From Bdellovibrionales bacterium (GTDB taxonomy: Bacteria; Bdellovibrionota; Bdellovibrionia; Bdellovibrionales; UBA1609), in NCBI GenBank assembly GCA_050246815.1, contig JBFWVI010000005.1, positions 1 through 64,000 of the forward strand: a stretch of 64,000 bases of DNA, given 5' to 3'. Shown piece by piece: positions 52,575 through 62,386 of the stretch. The position numbers and the translations under genes are program-made. Every line of letters begins with the position of its first letter. Position 1 is the stretch's first letter. A model generated the notes under the pieces. It saw only the letters and a program-made list of their open reading frames with translations, had not been told where the DNA came from and searched no databases.

Positions 52575-53168
52575 ATGATTCGCATTTTATTGTTGAGTTT
52601 GATGGCGATGGGCCTGATGGCCTGCAAAGAAGACAAAGGCGGCAACCGAGTCACCACTTTTGATGGCAGCACGGCTCGCCCGCTGAATCTTCCCGTCGGA
52701 ACGGCCGAAATGACAGTTTCTGGCGCCATCAATAAAAAAGTGGTCATGCGGGATGCAAGAGGCTCTTTTGACGAAGTGGTCTGTGCCTATGACGCTCACA
52801 AAAGACATCTTTATATCGGCGCCCGCCGGGCAGAAGGCCGCAAGTACTGGCCCGAAAGTATCAGCATTCGATTGCCAGGAAACTCTCCATTGACCTGGCA
52901 AACCCAAATCGGGACCACCGACGTGGATGGCAAAGGCTTCATGGTCAGTTTTGATCCCGAACGATACTTTTTGGCCAACAGCTACGCCCCGGGGACGTTA
53001 GATGTGGTGCAAAGCTGTGATCTGAAAATGAAAGAAACCGGCGGCGTGTTGGATGTCTTTTTGGAATGCCCTCAGTTGACTCATGTGAACAGCAACACCG
53101 ATTTTAGTCGCAATGACATCCGGCTGAGTTTTGTCATGTCTTGCCACACCGGCAACCTTAGGCGGTAA
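52575..53168 (+). CDS. Hypothetical lipoprotein
   Basis: SD AGGAGG; lipobox LMAC; four further Cys. Confidence 0.8.
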   Translation: MIRILLLSLMAMGLMACKEDKGGNRVTTFDGSTARPLNLPVGTAEMTVSGAINKKVVMRDARGSFDEVVCAYDAHKRHLYIGARRAEGRKYWPESISIRLPGNSPLTWQTQIGTTDVDGKGFMVSFDPERYFLANSYAPGTLDVVQSCDLKMKETGGVLDVFLECPQLTHVNSNTDFSRNDIRLSFVMSCHTGNLRR

Positions 53169-53170
53169 AT

Positions 53171-53302
53171 ATGAATCGCTTACTAAGTTTACTGACTTTA
53201 TTTATCTTGGCGCCAATAAGTCCTAAAGCTTTGGCAGCTTGCAGCAAACCAGCGAGGCAGCCCATTTTTCACCAGTTGGAAACTTCGTTTCAGAGAGGGT
53301 GA
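53171..53302 (+). CDS. 43-aa ORF that is mostly signal peptide (small secreted peptide or gene remnant)
   Basis: MNRLLSLLTLFILAPISPKALA|ACSKP...; starts 2 nt after the upstream stop; absent from the ORF track. Confidence 0.35.
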   Translation: MNRLLSLLTLFILAPISPKALAACSKPARQPIFHQLETSFQRG

Positions 53303-53330
53303 TAAACTGGGCCGCGTCGCACATGAAGCC

Positions 53331-53801
53331 TTAGCGCCTTTCGCCATCCATGCTCATGAAGGGTTCAAAAATGTTTGGGTCCATCGGCTGATTTCGGCCC
53401 ATGACCTTTTGCACTTCATCAAACGCGCTTAGCATCACATCCAGACGTTCACGGTCCAGTTTAACAATACGATTTTTCATCATACTGATCTCTTTGGGTG
53501 AAGCTTTCGGGTTGACCACGGTTTTGAAAAGGGCCGATTTGGTTTTGGTGATTTCGTCACGAAGTCTTGCGGTCTTTTCGAAGGTGCTGGTGTGGATCAA
53601 CATCAATTGTTCACGCTGCTCTTCGCTGAGGTTTTGAGCCTTCAGAAAAATGTTGGCTCCGCGATTGGCAAAACTTTCGTCTTGCGCCACCGGTGTCTCG
53701 GCTTGAACCTTTTTTTCGACGTCCCGCTTCTCATCCTGCGTGGCACAGCCAGTCACCAAAATCGTTAAACCTAAAAGTCCTGCAACCGCAATTGCTTTCA
53801 T
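53331..53801 (-). CDS. Helical periplasmic lipoprotein, Spy/CpxP/ZraP-like
   Basis: SD GGAGG; lipobox VTGC; LSEEQRE motif resembling LTxxQ. Confidence 0.65.
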   Translation of the reverse strand: MKAIAVAGLLGLTILVTGCATQDEKRDVEKKVQAETPVAQDESFANRGANIFLKAQNLSEEQREQLMLIHTSTFEKTARLRDEITKTKSALFKTVVNPKASPKEISMMKNRIVKLDRERLDVMLSAFDEVQKVMGRNQPMDPNIFEPFMSMDGERR

Positions 53802-53849
53802 AAAGCCTCCGTTATTGTGTAGCGTTGTTGTTCATAGGCACTGCTGTTC

Positions 53850-53866
53850 AGCAGAAGATATGCCAA
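53850..53866 (-). promoter_or_regulatory. Sigma54 (-24/-12) promoter
   Basis: TTGGCAT-ATCTT-CTGCT about 50 nt before ATG 53801. Confidence 0.7.
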
Positions 53867-53954
53867 AGGCCTGCATCCACCAGGACGGCTTTAATCAAGT
53901 TCGGCGGCACGCACGAGACAATTTGTCCAGTGCTCCGCTGCACATGTCCCAAAA

Positions 53955-54341
53955 CTACTTTCGTTTGCCGTCGAGTTTGAATAGAAACTTTTCCACACTT
54001 TTGCCTTTAAGGCCGGCGCGAACTTCAATCCGAGTGTCCTGGTCAGGGGCGATCTGGTCACCAAGCACGAAATAATCCCCTTCGCGACTGAGAACCAAAT
54101 CTTGGGCCGGGTACGGGTTCAGGCGGCGGATCTGGACGTTCAATTCGTTCAAATCGATGCGCGCCTCTTCTTTGCCAACAATAAAGATTTTAATGGGCTG
54201 CCCCAGCGACAAACGGACATTTAAAAGTTGTCCTTGCCGACTCAAGGTATTCAAGTCGGGACGGCTGGGATCTTGTTGCGGATCTTGCGCCAAAGCTGTA
54301 CCCGTAACCAACATACAACCGATCAACAGTCTCTTGAACAT
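53955..54341 (-). CDS. Secreted hypothetical protein
   Basis: SD GGAGG; signal peptide ending ALA|QD; 128 aa. Confidence 0.8.
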   Translation of the reverse strand: MFKRLLIGCMLVTGTALAQDPQQDPSRPDLNTLSRQGQLLNVRLSLGQPIKIFIVGKEEARIDLNELNVQIRRLNPYPAQDLVLSREGDYFVLGDQIAPDQDTRIEVRAGLKGKSVEKFLFKLDGKRK

Positions 54342-54367
54342 AAGGACCTCCGTTTGATTAGAGCTAT

Positions 54368-54994
54368 CTAGACCTCAGCGCCGCCCTCATTACCCATGGG
54401 GCTTAGGCCTTGCAGGTGCCGTTGCAATAAAGACTTCAGTTCATTCTGAAAACGTCTCAGTTCTTCATGCGAAATTTCAATCCGTCCATGATCTCGCAGC
54501 GGGTGCTTCAGCAAATCTGCAAACCAGCCCTGCGAAGGTAACACGCCTTGGACATAAAGTAACTTCGCTTCAAACTGAAGCTTCAACATTTCAAGTTTGG
54601 TGCTGGACTCCGCGGCAAACAATCCGTTGCCGAGCAAATCAAAAAGCTCCGATGAATCTGTGACCCCGGGTTGCGCGACCTTTTCCATCAAACCAACCAT
54701 ACTCAAGGCGGTTTCAAGTCGTTCATAGACGTCCCGAAGCCCGTTGAAGCCCTTGATCAACTCCGCCTCTTGCAAATTGTGCAGCGGACTTTCATCGTGA
54801 CGGGATTGGCTTGGGCGATAGTGAGCTAAAATGTAGTGGGTGGGCTCTAAAATACCACCGGAAAATCGCTTTCGACTTTTCATCGCGCCGCGCGCGATAA
54901 AACTCATCCTTGCACCCTGGGGATTAAGACCGTGCACCATCAAATCGGCTTCACTCCACTTGAACGTGCGCAGCACGATCAGCTTTTCTTTCAT
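54368..54994 (-). CDS. recO: DNA repair protein RecO (short, no Zn finger)
   Basis: IVLRT..WSEADL, ARGAMKSRKRFSGGILEP, FEAKLL. Confidence 0.85.
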   Translation of the reverse strand: MKEKLIVLRTFKWSEADLMVHGLNPQGARMSFIARGAMKSRKRFSGGILEPTHYILAHYRPSQSRHDESPLHNLQEAELIKGFNGLRDVYERLETALSMVGLMEKVAQPGVTDSSELFDLLGNGLFAAESSTKLEMLKLQFEAKLLYVQGVLPSQGWFADLLKHPLRDHGRIEISHEELRRFQNELKSLLQRHLQGLSPMGNEGGAEV

Positions 54995-55980
54995 GCGGAC
55001 CCCGGCGAAGGCTCAGGTCTACGCCCTCGCTGCAGATAAAGTAGGGCTCCGACCAAGCCCCAAGCCAGCAGAGCCATTTGAAATGCGGTGATCGCCACCT
55101 GCCCCAACTGAGAAGCTTGCCCCGAATAAAGTTGGAACAAGACTAAAAAGGCCACTTGCCCCACCCCTAAGCCGGCTGGCGCAATGGGCAGCGACGCCGC
55201 GATAAACCCAAGTGGAACCGCAAAAAAGTAGGTTCCAATCGAAATTTCACTGTGCCCGGTGGCAAAGCCCACCATCATCATAAAGCCCGTGCTGATCACC
55301 TGGGCCACAGCGCTTAAAATCAGCGCCTTCAATAAAATACTTTTACAAGTGCTGTAGGCCTGCGTGGCCCGATAAAGTCGTAATAATTTTTCTTGAAGCG
55401 GCAGCTTCTGCAACCAGCGGTCCACTTGCAACAACTGACTGAATCGACGTGAAAAAGCTGCCAGCCAAAACAAAGTCATCAGCAAAAAGACTATCAGGGT
55501 TCCAAGCGCCAGGCTTTTCAAACGCATCTCAGCGGCAACGCGTGGCCAGTTCACCACTATGGCCGAAAGGGCCAGGATCACCATGGCGTACAGCCCCAAA
55601 AGGCGATCCAAAATCACCGTCAGCACCGCATCCACCCGACGCTGAGGATTGTCTTGTGCGATGTAATAGCCCTTCACCACATCTCCGCCGATTGAACCAG
55701 GCAAAGCGTAATTGAAGAACGTGCCAATCAAAAAAAGCCGCGTCGCTTCCAAATACGAAGTGGTAAAGCCCCGGCTCAGCAGCAGGATTTGCCAGCGCCA
55801 CGCCTGCACTAAAATCGTAGTCCCCACCAAACCTAGGCCCAACACCAGGGGCTGAGGCGCCAAAAGCTGCGAAAAAAGCGAAAGATCCAGGTGACCGCGA
55901 GCGATCAAATACCAGATCAGCCCAATTGCGAACCCCAATTTGGCGAAATTGATCAGTCTTTGGCGGATCTTCACAGGCAA
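54991..55980 (-). CDS. Lysylphosphatidylglycerol-synthase TM / YbhN-like putative flippase
   Basis: RWQILL, FFNYALPGSIGGDVVK, DRLLGL, LPIAPAGLG. Confidence 0.8.
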   Translation of the reverse strand: MPVKIRQRLINFAKLGFAIGLIWYLIARGHLDLSLFSQLLAPQPLVLGLGLVGTTILVQAWRWQILLLSRGFTTSYLEATRLFLIGTFFNYALPGSIGGDVVKGYYIAQDNPQRRVDAVLTVILDRLLGLYAMVILALSAIVVNWPRVAAEMRLKSLALGTLIVFLLMTLFWLAAFSRRFSQLLQVDRWLQKLPLQEKLLRLYRATQAYSTCKSILLKALILSAVAQVISTGFMMMVGFATGHSEISIGTYFFAVPLGFIAASLPIAPAGLGVGQVAFLVLFQLYSGQASQLGQVAITAFQMALLAWGLVGALLYLQRGRRPEPSPGSA

Positions 55981-56065
55981 GTGTTCCTTTGCGGTTGCAG
56001 CCGAGGTTGGACTATATTACCCCTCATTTGTAGCAAAATGCGGGCAAGAGTGCCAAGGAGAGATC

Positions 56066-57436
56066 ATGGATATCGCCGTCATCGGGACAGGATATGTAGG
56101 CTTGGTGGCCGCCACGTGCTTTGCCGACGCCGGGCATAACCTGATCTGCGCTGATGCCAACCGCGAAAAACTAACACTCTTGAAAGCGGGCAAAGTCCCA
56201 TTTTATGAACCCGGCCTTGAGGAGCTCTTTGCACAAAGCAAAAAACGCATGACCTTCGTTCCTGGGGTGGCGGACGCCGTTACCAAAGCAAATGTGATTT
56301 TTGTCGCCGTGGGCACTCCCGAATTGCCAGACGGTAGCGCCGATATGCAGCCGACTTTTCGAGTTTTAGAAGAAATCTGCGCGTCCGTGACCGAGCCAAG
56401 TCTGGTGGTTTTGAAAAGCACGGTCCCCATCGGCACGGCCCGACGAGCCTCTCAGTATTGCCTGCAGTATGCCAAACACCCCATCGAGATCGTCAGCAAT
56501 CCTGAATTCCTGCGCCAGGGCGCGGCGCTTGAGGATTTTCTAAAGCCAGATCGCGTGGTCATCGGCTGCCAAAGCGAAAAAGCCAAAGTCACCATGACCG
56601 AACTTTACGAACCTTTTTTGCGCCACGGTGGCCGAATGCAGTCCATGGACAACACCTCGGCCGAAATGGTGAAATATGCGGCCAATTCGTTTTTGGCTTT
56701 GAAAATCAGTTTTATCAATGAACTGGCCTTACTTGCCGACAAGCTTGGCGCCGACATCGATCGCGTGCGTGAGGGCTTCACCTCCGACCACCGAATTAAT
56801 CCGGCTTTCTTTAATCCTGGTATTGGTTATGGCGGCAGTTGCTTTCCGAAAGACGTGCGTGCTTTGGTTTACACCGGCAAACAGGTGGGTTTAGACCTGA
56901 AACTGCTGCAAGCGGCCGATGATGTGAACGAACGCCAAAAATCAATTTTGACCGATCGATTGTACAAACGCTTTGGAAGCCTTCAAGGTTTGAAGATCGC
57001 CATCTGGGGCCTGGCCTTTAAGCCCCGCACCGATGATGTGCGCCGCGCGCCCGCCATCAAAATCATGGAAGATTTGGTTCGCCATGGCGCCACGGTCAGC
57101 GCTTATGATCCCATCGCCATGGAAAACACCAAACAGGCCAGCCTGGCCAAATTTGAAGCGGCGGGCAGCGCCCTTGAAGCTGCCCATGGCGCGGATGCAC
57201 TTTTGATCATCACCGAGTGGAGCGAGTTCAAAGGGGTCGACTTAGAGCAACTTAAAAGCGAACTGCGCCAACCGGTGATCTTCGATGGCCGCAATCTCTT
57301 CGACCCCGCCAAAATGAGTGAACAAGGTTTTGAGTATTATGGCATCGGCCGCCAGGTGCGTGGCACCAGCCTGACCACGCAAAATGAAAAACTCAACCCC
57401 CTGGCCTCTTCGTCTTGGATGCAAAGCCCATTGTAA
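56066..57436 (+). CDS. ugd: UDP-glucose/GDP-mannose dehydrogenase family protein
   Basis: IAVIGTGYVGL, KSTVP, NPEFLR, KYAAN, GYGGSCFPKD, DGRN; start at ATG 56066 with SD GGAG. Confidence 0.92.
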   Translation: MDIAVIGTGYVGLVAATCFADAGHNLICADANREKLTLLKAGKVPFYEPGLEELFAQSKKRMTFVPGVADAVTKANVIFVAVGTPELPDGSADMQPTFRVLEEICASVTEPSLVVLKSTVPIGTARRASQYCLQYAKHPIEIVSNPEFLRQGAALEDFLKPDRVVIGCQSEKAKVTMTELYEPFLRHGGRMQSMDNTSAEMVKYAANSFLALKISFINELALLADKLGADIDRVREGFTSDHRINPAFFNPGIGYGGSCFPKDVRALVYTGKQVGLDLKLLQAADDVNERQKSILTDRLYKRFGSLQGLKIAIWGLAFKPRTDDVRRAPAIKIMEDLVRHGATVSAYDPIAMENTKQASLAKFEAAGSALEAAHGADALLIITEWSEFKGVDLEQLKSELRQPVIFDGRNLFDPAKMSEQGFEYYGIGRQVRGTSLTTQNEKLNPLASSSWMQSPL

Positions 57437-57466
57437 AATTCTCTTCAACTCGGTAGAGGCTATTAA

Positions 57467-58453
57467 TTAACCGTTTTGGATTTTCAGAATTTCGGCACGT
57501 ATAATGCTTAAGTGAGCAGCCAGATTTTGGTCCACGTAGCGCTGATCGATGATCACCGTGCCGCGAATCATTTCATCGTTAAAGCCAAAGTCACGCAACC
57601 AATCCATGGTGCGCACCCCACGCCAACGATTCAAAGAAGTCGTTTCAAAAGAACTGCTTTCACCAGGGCCTGCCAGCTTATGCTTTAAACGTTCAGCAAG
57701 CCTTGTGATCACCGCAAAGCCGTCCATATCGGGCCAATAAAGCACCACACGATCTGGAATTCGCGCCGCTCCACTCGCAAATACCCTTTTGCTCTCAGCC
57801 GGTAATGACGCCTCAAATTTTTCAACGATGTCGGGGTTGACCAATTCTTGGCGCTTTAATTTTTCGACTTCGCTCAGCGCGTTGGCCGCCAGCGCTACGC
57901 TTTCAGAGAACTGAATTGGCCAGCGCACACGGGCCGAGTGAAACACCGCTGCCAGATGTGAGCCCAGCGAGTGCACATGAAACATCTGCCGCGTGTAAGC
58001 CGTGGGCAAGGGTAAAAAACGATGGTGAGCATGGGACACTTTCAACAAGATGACTTTTTTGGCTTCGATAACCTCTTGTAGAAAGGTCAAATCATGCAGT
58101 CGCCCCAACATCGGATCGTCTTCGCTGCATAAAACCAGCAATCCATCTGAAGAAATCGCCGCTTCGAGAGCCGCCTTGTCTAGCAAGAGATTTGGCTCCA
58201 AAGCCTGAATGGCGCACCCCTCGCGCGACAGAAGAGTCGTTGCGGCCTCGTAAACCGGGTCCATGTTTTTAAATAAGTAAATTTTCTTTTTGTGTGGGAA
58301 CTGCTTCAACAATCCCACGGTCAACTCACAAAGTGCCGCGCTAAGGCCTGCCAGCAGCTTAACCGCGCCGCCGACGGCTTCGACACCCAGTAGAGTCGAG
58401 GCCTTTTCATTGAGTTCCTGCCAGTGATGGGGCGGCTGAAAATCAATTTGCAC
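57467..58453 (-). CDS. Degenerate class-V aminotransferase / cysteine desulfurase-fold protein
   Basis: Motif order recalls IscS/NifS (AGLSAA..KKKI, DGFAVI, TTSL, IRGTV) but catalytic motifs are absent. Confidence 0.5.
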   Translation of the reverse strand: MQIDFQPPHHWQELNEKASTLLGVEAVGGAVKLLAGLSAALCELTVGLLKQFPHKKKIYLFKNMDPVYEAATTLLSREGCAIQALEPNLLLDKAALEAAISSDGLLVLCSEDDPMLGRLHDLTFLQEVIEAKKVILLKVSHAHHRFLPLPTAYTRQMFHVHSLGSHLAAVFHSARVRWPIQFSESVALAANALSEVEKLKRQELVNPDIVEKFEASLPAESKRVFASGAARIPDRVVLYWPDMDGFAVITRLAERLKHKLAGPGESSSFETTSLNRWRGVRTMDWLRDFGFNDEMIRGTVIIDQRYVDQNLAAHLSIIRAEILKIQNG

Positions 58454-58471
58454 AAATGCCCTTTTAAAAAG

Positions 58472-58969
58472 TTAACGAACGGATTTTAAAAAATTAAAAA
58501 ATTTGGCCTCAACCGCGTCCAGGGTCATGGGCTTTTTGCACTTTGGGCATGGGACTTCGGGCAACTGAAGTTTGTAACTCTCTTTGTTTGAAGCGTACTG
58601 ATAATCTTTGCCACGGGTCAAAGTCACCGACTGTTCTTTGTTGCAGTCTTCGCAAATCATTGGCGCGCTTAAGCTTTCGACCGTTCCGTTGTTGGGTAAA
58701 AACCCGACGACCATATTCACCTGTGCGATGATCAGGGTGGGACAGTTGTACATTTGAATGTTGGTGTCGGGCGGAAAACGACCGGTCCAATTGATCCAGT
58801 TTTTCACACCGACAGAGTTTAGATAGCTCACGCCATTTAAGTCGAAGGCGACTTTTTTAACGCCGGCAAAGTTCAAATCAAACAGCTCTGCGCCCTCGCC
58901 GATGTAGCCGCTGACCATGACCTGTAGGGTGTCGCCTACTTTGCTGGATGTTACTTTCGCCGTCGCCAT
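58472..58969 (-). CDS. STAS-like domain protein with a Zn ribbon
   Basis: FDLNGVSYLNSVGV STAS motif; CEDC...CPKC. Confidence 0.75.
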   Translation of the reverse strand: MATAKVTSSKVGDTLQVMVSGYIGEGAELFDLNFAGVKKVAFDLNGVSYLNSVGVKNWINWTGRFPPDTNIQMYNCPTLIIAQVNMVVGFLPNNGTVESLSAPMICEDCNKEQSVTLTRGKDYQYASNKESYKLQLPEVPCPKCKKPMTLDAVEAKFFNFLKSVR

Positions 58970-59041
58970 GCCCACCCTTTACGTTGTCTTTTCATTCTAC
59001 AGGGTGGGTCGCGTATATTTCAACTGGGATAAGGGACGGTG

Positions 59042-59566
59042 CTAAATTCCAGCCTTGTGACGCTCTTGATCATCCAGTCGCGTGGGGATTCCACCCTTCA
59101 AATTAGGACGATAAGCCAGATGCTGGATGTCGTAGGTGAAATTACCACCGTTTAGTGCGGGCGTCTGCCACTCTGGACCCATTCGAATCGCATCCACAGG
59201 ACAAGCCTCTTCGCAGTAACCGCAGAACACACAACGAAGAATATCAATCTCATATGCAATCGGATGTTTTTCAACACTGGGGTCGTCATGCTCTGCCGCT
59301 AAAATTTTGATACATTGGGCCGGGCAGTTGGTCGCGCACAACATACAAGCCGTGCAGCGCAAAGAACCGTCCTTCTTCACGGTCAGAACATGGTTGCCTT
59401 TGAAGCGTGGGCCGTATTCGTACTTCTCTTCGGGGTAATTCAAGGTGATCATTTTCTTTTGGTTGAAAAGATTTTTGATCATCGTGCCGAAGGTCGTTCC
59501 CATTCCAACCAGAATTCCGGGCAGGTACCACTTGGCTTTGGCATCAGGTTGCTTAACCACGCTCAT
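59042..59566 (-). CDS. nuoI: NADH-quinone oxidoreductase subunit I
   Basis: YPEEK, CTACMLCATNCP, CVFCGYCEEACP. Confidence 0.95.
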   Translation of the reverse strand: MSVVKQPDAKAKWYLPGILVGMGTTFGTMIKNLFNQKKMITLNYPEEKYEYGPRFKGNHVLTVKKDGSLRCTACMLCATNCPAQCIKILAAEHDDPSVEKHPIAYEIDILRCVFCGYCEEACPVDAIRMGPEWQTPALNGGNFTYDIQHLAYRPNLKGGIPTRLDDQERHKAGI

Positions 59567-61116
59567 ATTTGGCCTCGAAGTGCGGTGAAATGGTTTTGTT
59601 TTAGTTCGTGGGTGATAGATTCACCGGCGTCGATTTGAAATGGCTCACCAGCAAAGGCTTCCGCCACTTCAAGCAAAGACAGCGAGCTGTCCACAATCGC
59701 GGCTCCACGCTTGATTTTTTGCGCTTTACCTTGAAAGTTCATGAAAGTGCCATCTTTCTCGAAATAAGTTTTCAGCGGAATCTGCCATAGTGGTCCCGGA
59801 AATTTATCCAGCTCGGGATGCGAACCCGCAGCCAACCAAACTAAATTTGCGGCTTTGGTAAACTGTTTGATTTTCTCGCTAAGATCCGGGAACACCGCTT
59901 GATTTTCGGGGCCTGCCACGATCAATGCGGTCACTTTACCGCTATCTAGACGCGAGGTCAGATCGGCCCACGTTTTCATGAGGTTGTGCTTCTGAAAGGC
60001 CGCCAAAAGCCCCTTGGTGTTGGGATTTTTATCGCCGCGGATCAATAGGCCATCAAAGCTTTCCACTGTTTCAGGGTTGTTGAGCCAATGGTAAACGTTT
60101 TTAACTCCCCAATTTTGGCTTAAGACCTGCAAAAACGCATCGTACTCTTCGTTGGTGTATTGACCGGTCAAAACCACGGCCACACTTTCTGGATTCGATT
60201 TAGCCCAGCCCTTCAGCTGCTCACCCACCTGTTTGGCCGCCGCCAAGGGATCCATGGTGCTGGTCGTGCCTTTGTCGGTGACCATCGCCGACAGCAAGCG
60301 AAACTTTTTATTCACGTACTTGTAGGCGCCACGACCGTCGTCACACATCCAATGGCCGTTCACTTCAGGATTGTAACGGGGTTTCACGCGCCACAGCCCC
60401 TCTTCATTAAAGTGCACTTTGATGCTGCAACCGGTGGAGCAGCCGGGGCAGATGGTGTCGACTTCTTTTAGGTACCAAACCCGCTGGCGAAAACGAAAAT
60501 CCTTCGACGTCAATGCACCCACAGGACAGATGTCCACAGTGTTCAGCGAGTATTTATTGTCGAGCGGTTTGCCTTCGAAGGTGCCGATTTCGCTGTGATC
60601 ACCGCGGTTGAAAATACCAAGTTCATTGGTTTTTGAAACCTCGTCGGTGAAACGCACGCAGCGCGAACACAAAATGCAGCGTTCAGAATCCAACACCACC
60701 GTGGGGCCAAGATCGACGACCTTTTTCTTTTTCACTTTGGGTTCTGCCATTTCAGGATCGTACTGGCCGAAGCGCATATATTGCTCTTGCAAACCACACT
60801 CACCAGCCTGATCGCAGATTGGGCAATCCAGCGGGTGGTTGATCAGATGAAAGTCCATGCCCCAACGCACGGTTTCTTTGACAACATCGCTCGTGTTGTT
60901 GATGACCATACCCTCTTTGACTTCGGTGTTGCAGGCGATTTGAAGTTTTGGCATGCCTTCAATCTGCACCATGCACAATCGGCAAACGCCCGCGACCGAA
61001 AGGCCTGGGTGCCAGCAGTAGTGAGCGATGTCTTGATTGAGCATCTTGATGGCTTGAATGATGCTCGTTCCAGCGGGAACTTCAATTTCTTTGCCGTTGA
61101 TTTTACATTTGGGCAT
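59563..61116 (-). CDS. nuoG: NADH-quinone oxidoreductase subunit G (short, 517 aa)
   Basis: CWHP..GVCRLC, NHPLDCPICDQAGEC, RCILCSRC, CPGCSTGC. Confidence 0.93.
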   Translation of the reverse strand: MPKCKINGKEIEVPAGTSIIQAIKMLNQDIAHYCWHPGLSVAGVCRLCMVQIEGMPKLQIACNTEVKEGMVINNTSDVVKETVRWGMDFHLINHPLDCPICDQAGECGLQEQYMRFGQYDPEMAEPKVKKKKVVDLGPTVVLDSERCILCSRCVRFTDEVSKTNELGIFNRGDHSEIGTFEGKPLDNKYSLNTVDICPVGALTSKDFRFRQRVWYLKEVDTICPGCSTGCSIKVHFNEEGLWRVKPRYNPEVNGHWMCDDGRGAYKYVNKKFRLLSAMVTDKGTTSTMDPLAAAKQVGEQLKGWAKSNPESVAVVLTGQYTNEEYDAFLQVLSQNWGVKNVYHWLNNPETVESFDGLLIRGDKNPNTKGLLAAFQKHNLMKTWADLTSRLDSGKVTALIVAGPENQAVFPDLSEKIKQFTKAANLVWLAAGSHPELDKFPGPLWQIPLKTYFEKDGTFMNFQGKAQKIKRGAAIVDSSLSLLEVAEAFAGEPFQIDAGESITHELKQNHFTALRGQI

Positions 61117-62386
61117 GAGCCGTCCCTTTTACTTTTGAGCGCCCTTCGCGCACATAAAATTCAAATTCGTCACGGAATTTAGTTACAAAACTGATTGCGG
61201 GCATGGCCGCCGCATCCGAAAGCGCACAGATAGTTTTGCCCATCATTTGCTCGGAAACGCGTTGAATCAGGTTGATATCTTGCAAGCGGCCGTGGCCACC
61301 CTTGATGCTATGAACGATTTTGCTGAGCCATCCGGTGCCCTCGCGGCACGGCGTGCACTGACCGCAAGACTCGTGATGGTAAAAATGCATGATCACATCC
61401 AGCAGATCGACCATGCAGTTCGAATCATCAATCACGATCACGGCGCCCGACCCCAACATACTGCCTAAGCCCGCCAATGATTCGTAATCCATATTGGCGC
61501 GATTAACTTCATCGGCGGTCAACACCGGGGCCGAAGAGCCTCCCGGAATAACGGCCTTCAAGGCACGGCCTGGTCTTAGACCACCGCAGACTTTATTGAT
61601 CAGATCTTTCAATGGCAAACCCAACGGCACTTCGTAGTTTCCAGGCCGCATCACATTGCCGCTGACTGAAAACAACTTCGTTCCCGGCGATTTTTCGGTG
61701 CCGTATTTACGATAGGCCCCAGCGCCATCTTTGATGATCGGCACGACCGCAGCCAAAGTTTCGACATTGTTCACAATGGAGGGCTTGCGCAAATACCCTT
61801 GAAGCGCGGGAAATGGGGGTTTAAGTTTCGGCTGCCCCTTAAGACCTTCAAGCGACGAAATCATTCCTGTTTCTTCACCGCAAATGTAGGCGCCTGCACC
61901 CGAGTAGACATCCATGTGGTGTTTGAAGCCCGAACCCATCACTTTGTCGCCTAAAATCCCGGCGTCATAAGCCTCTTTAATCGCGGCGCGCACGATATTA
62001 ATGCACTCAACGTACTCACCGCGAATGTAAATGTAAGACTTGTGCGAGTTGATGGCAAAAGCCGAGATGACCATGCCCTCGATCAGTTGATGAGGGGCCT
62101 TTTCCATCATCAAGCGATCTTTGAAGGTTCCGGGTTCACCTTCGTCCGCGTTGCACAACAAATAGCGGGGCTCGTTGTTGTTGGGTAAAAAACTCCATTT
62201 AGTGCCCGTCGGAAAGCCTGCGCCGCCGCGACCGCGCAAACCGGAGGCCTTGACCTCTTCGACGATAGCTTTGGGCTCCATCTTCAAAGCCTTTTTTAAA
62301 ACTTCATAACCGCCGTGCTTTTTATAGCCGGTCAGGCCACGAAACTCAGGCTTGTCATAATGTTCGGTCAGTAATTTAGTTTCCAT
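61103..62386 (-). CDS. nuoF: NADH-quinone oxidoreductase subunit F
   Basis: GRGGAGFPTG, NADEGEPG, YICGEET, ESCGQCTPCREG. Confidence 0.98.
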   Translation of the reverse strand: METKLLTEHYDKPEFRGLTGYKKHGGYEVLKKALKMEPKAIVEEVKASGLRGRGGAGFPTGTKWSFLPNNNEPRYLLCNADEGEPGTFKDRLMMEKAPHQLIEGMVISAFAINSHKSYIYIRGEYVECINIVRAAIKEAYDAGILGDKVMGSGFKHHMDVYSGAGAYICGEETGMISSLEGLKGQPKLKPPFPALQGYLRKPSIVNNVETLAAVVPIIKDGAGAYRKYGTEKSPGTKLFSVSGNVMRPGNYEVPLGLPLKDLINKVCGGLRPGRALKAVIPGGSSAPVLTADEVNRANMDYESLAGLGSMLGSGAVIVIDDSNCMVDLLDVIMHFYHHESCGQCTPCREGTGWLSKIVHSIKGGHGRLQDINLIQRVSEQMMGKTICALSDAAAMPAISFVTKFRDEFEFYVREGRSKVKGTAHAQM

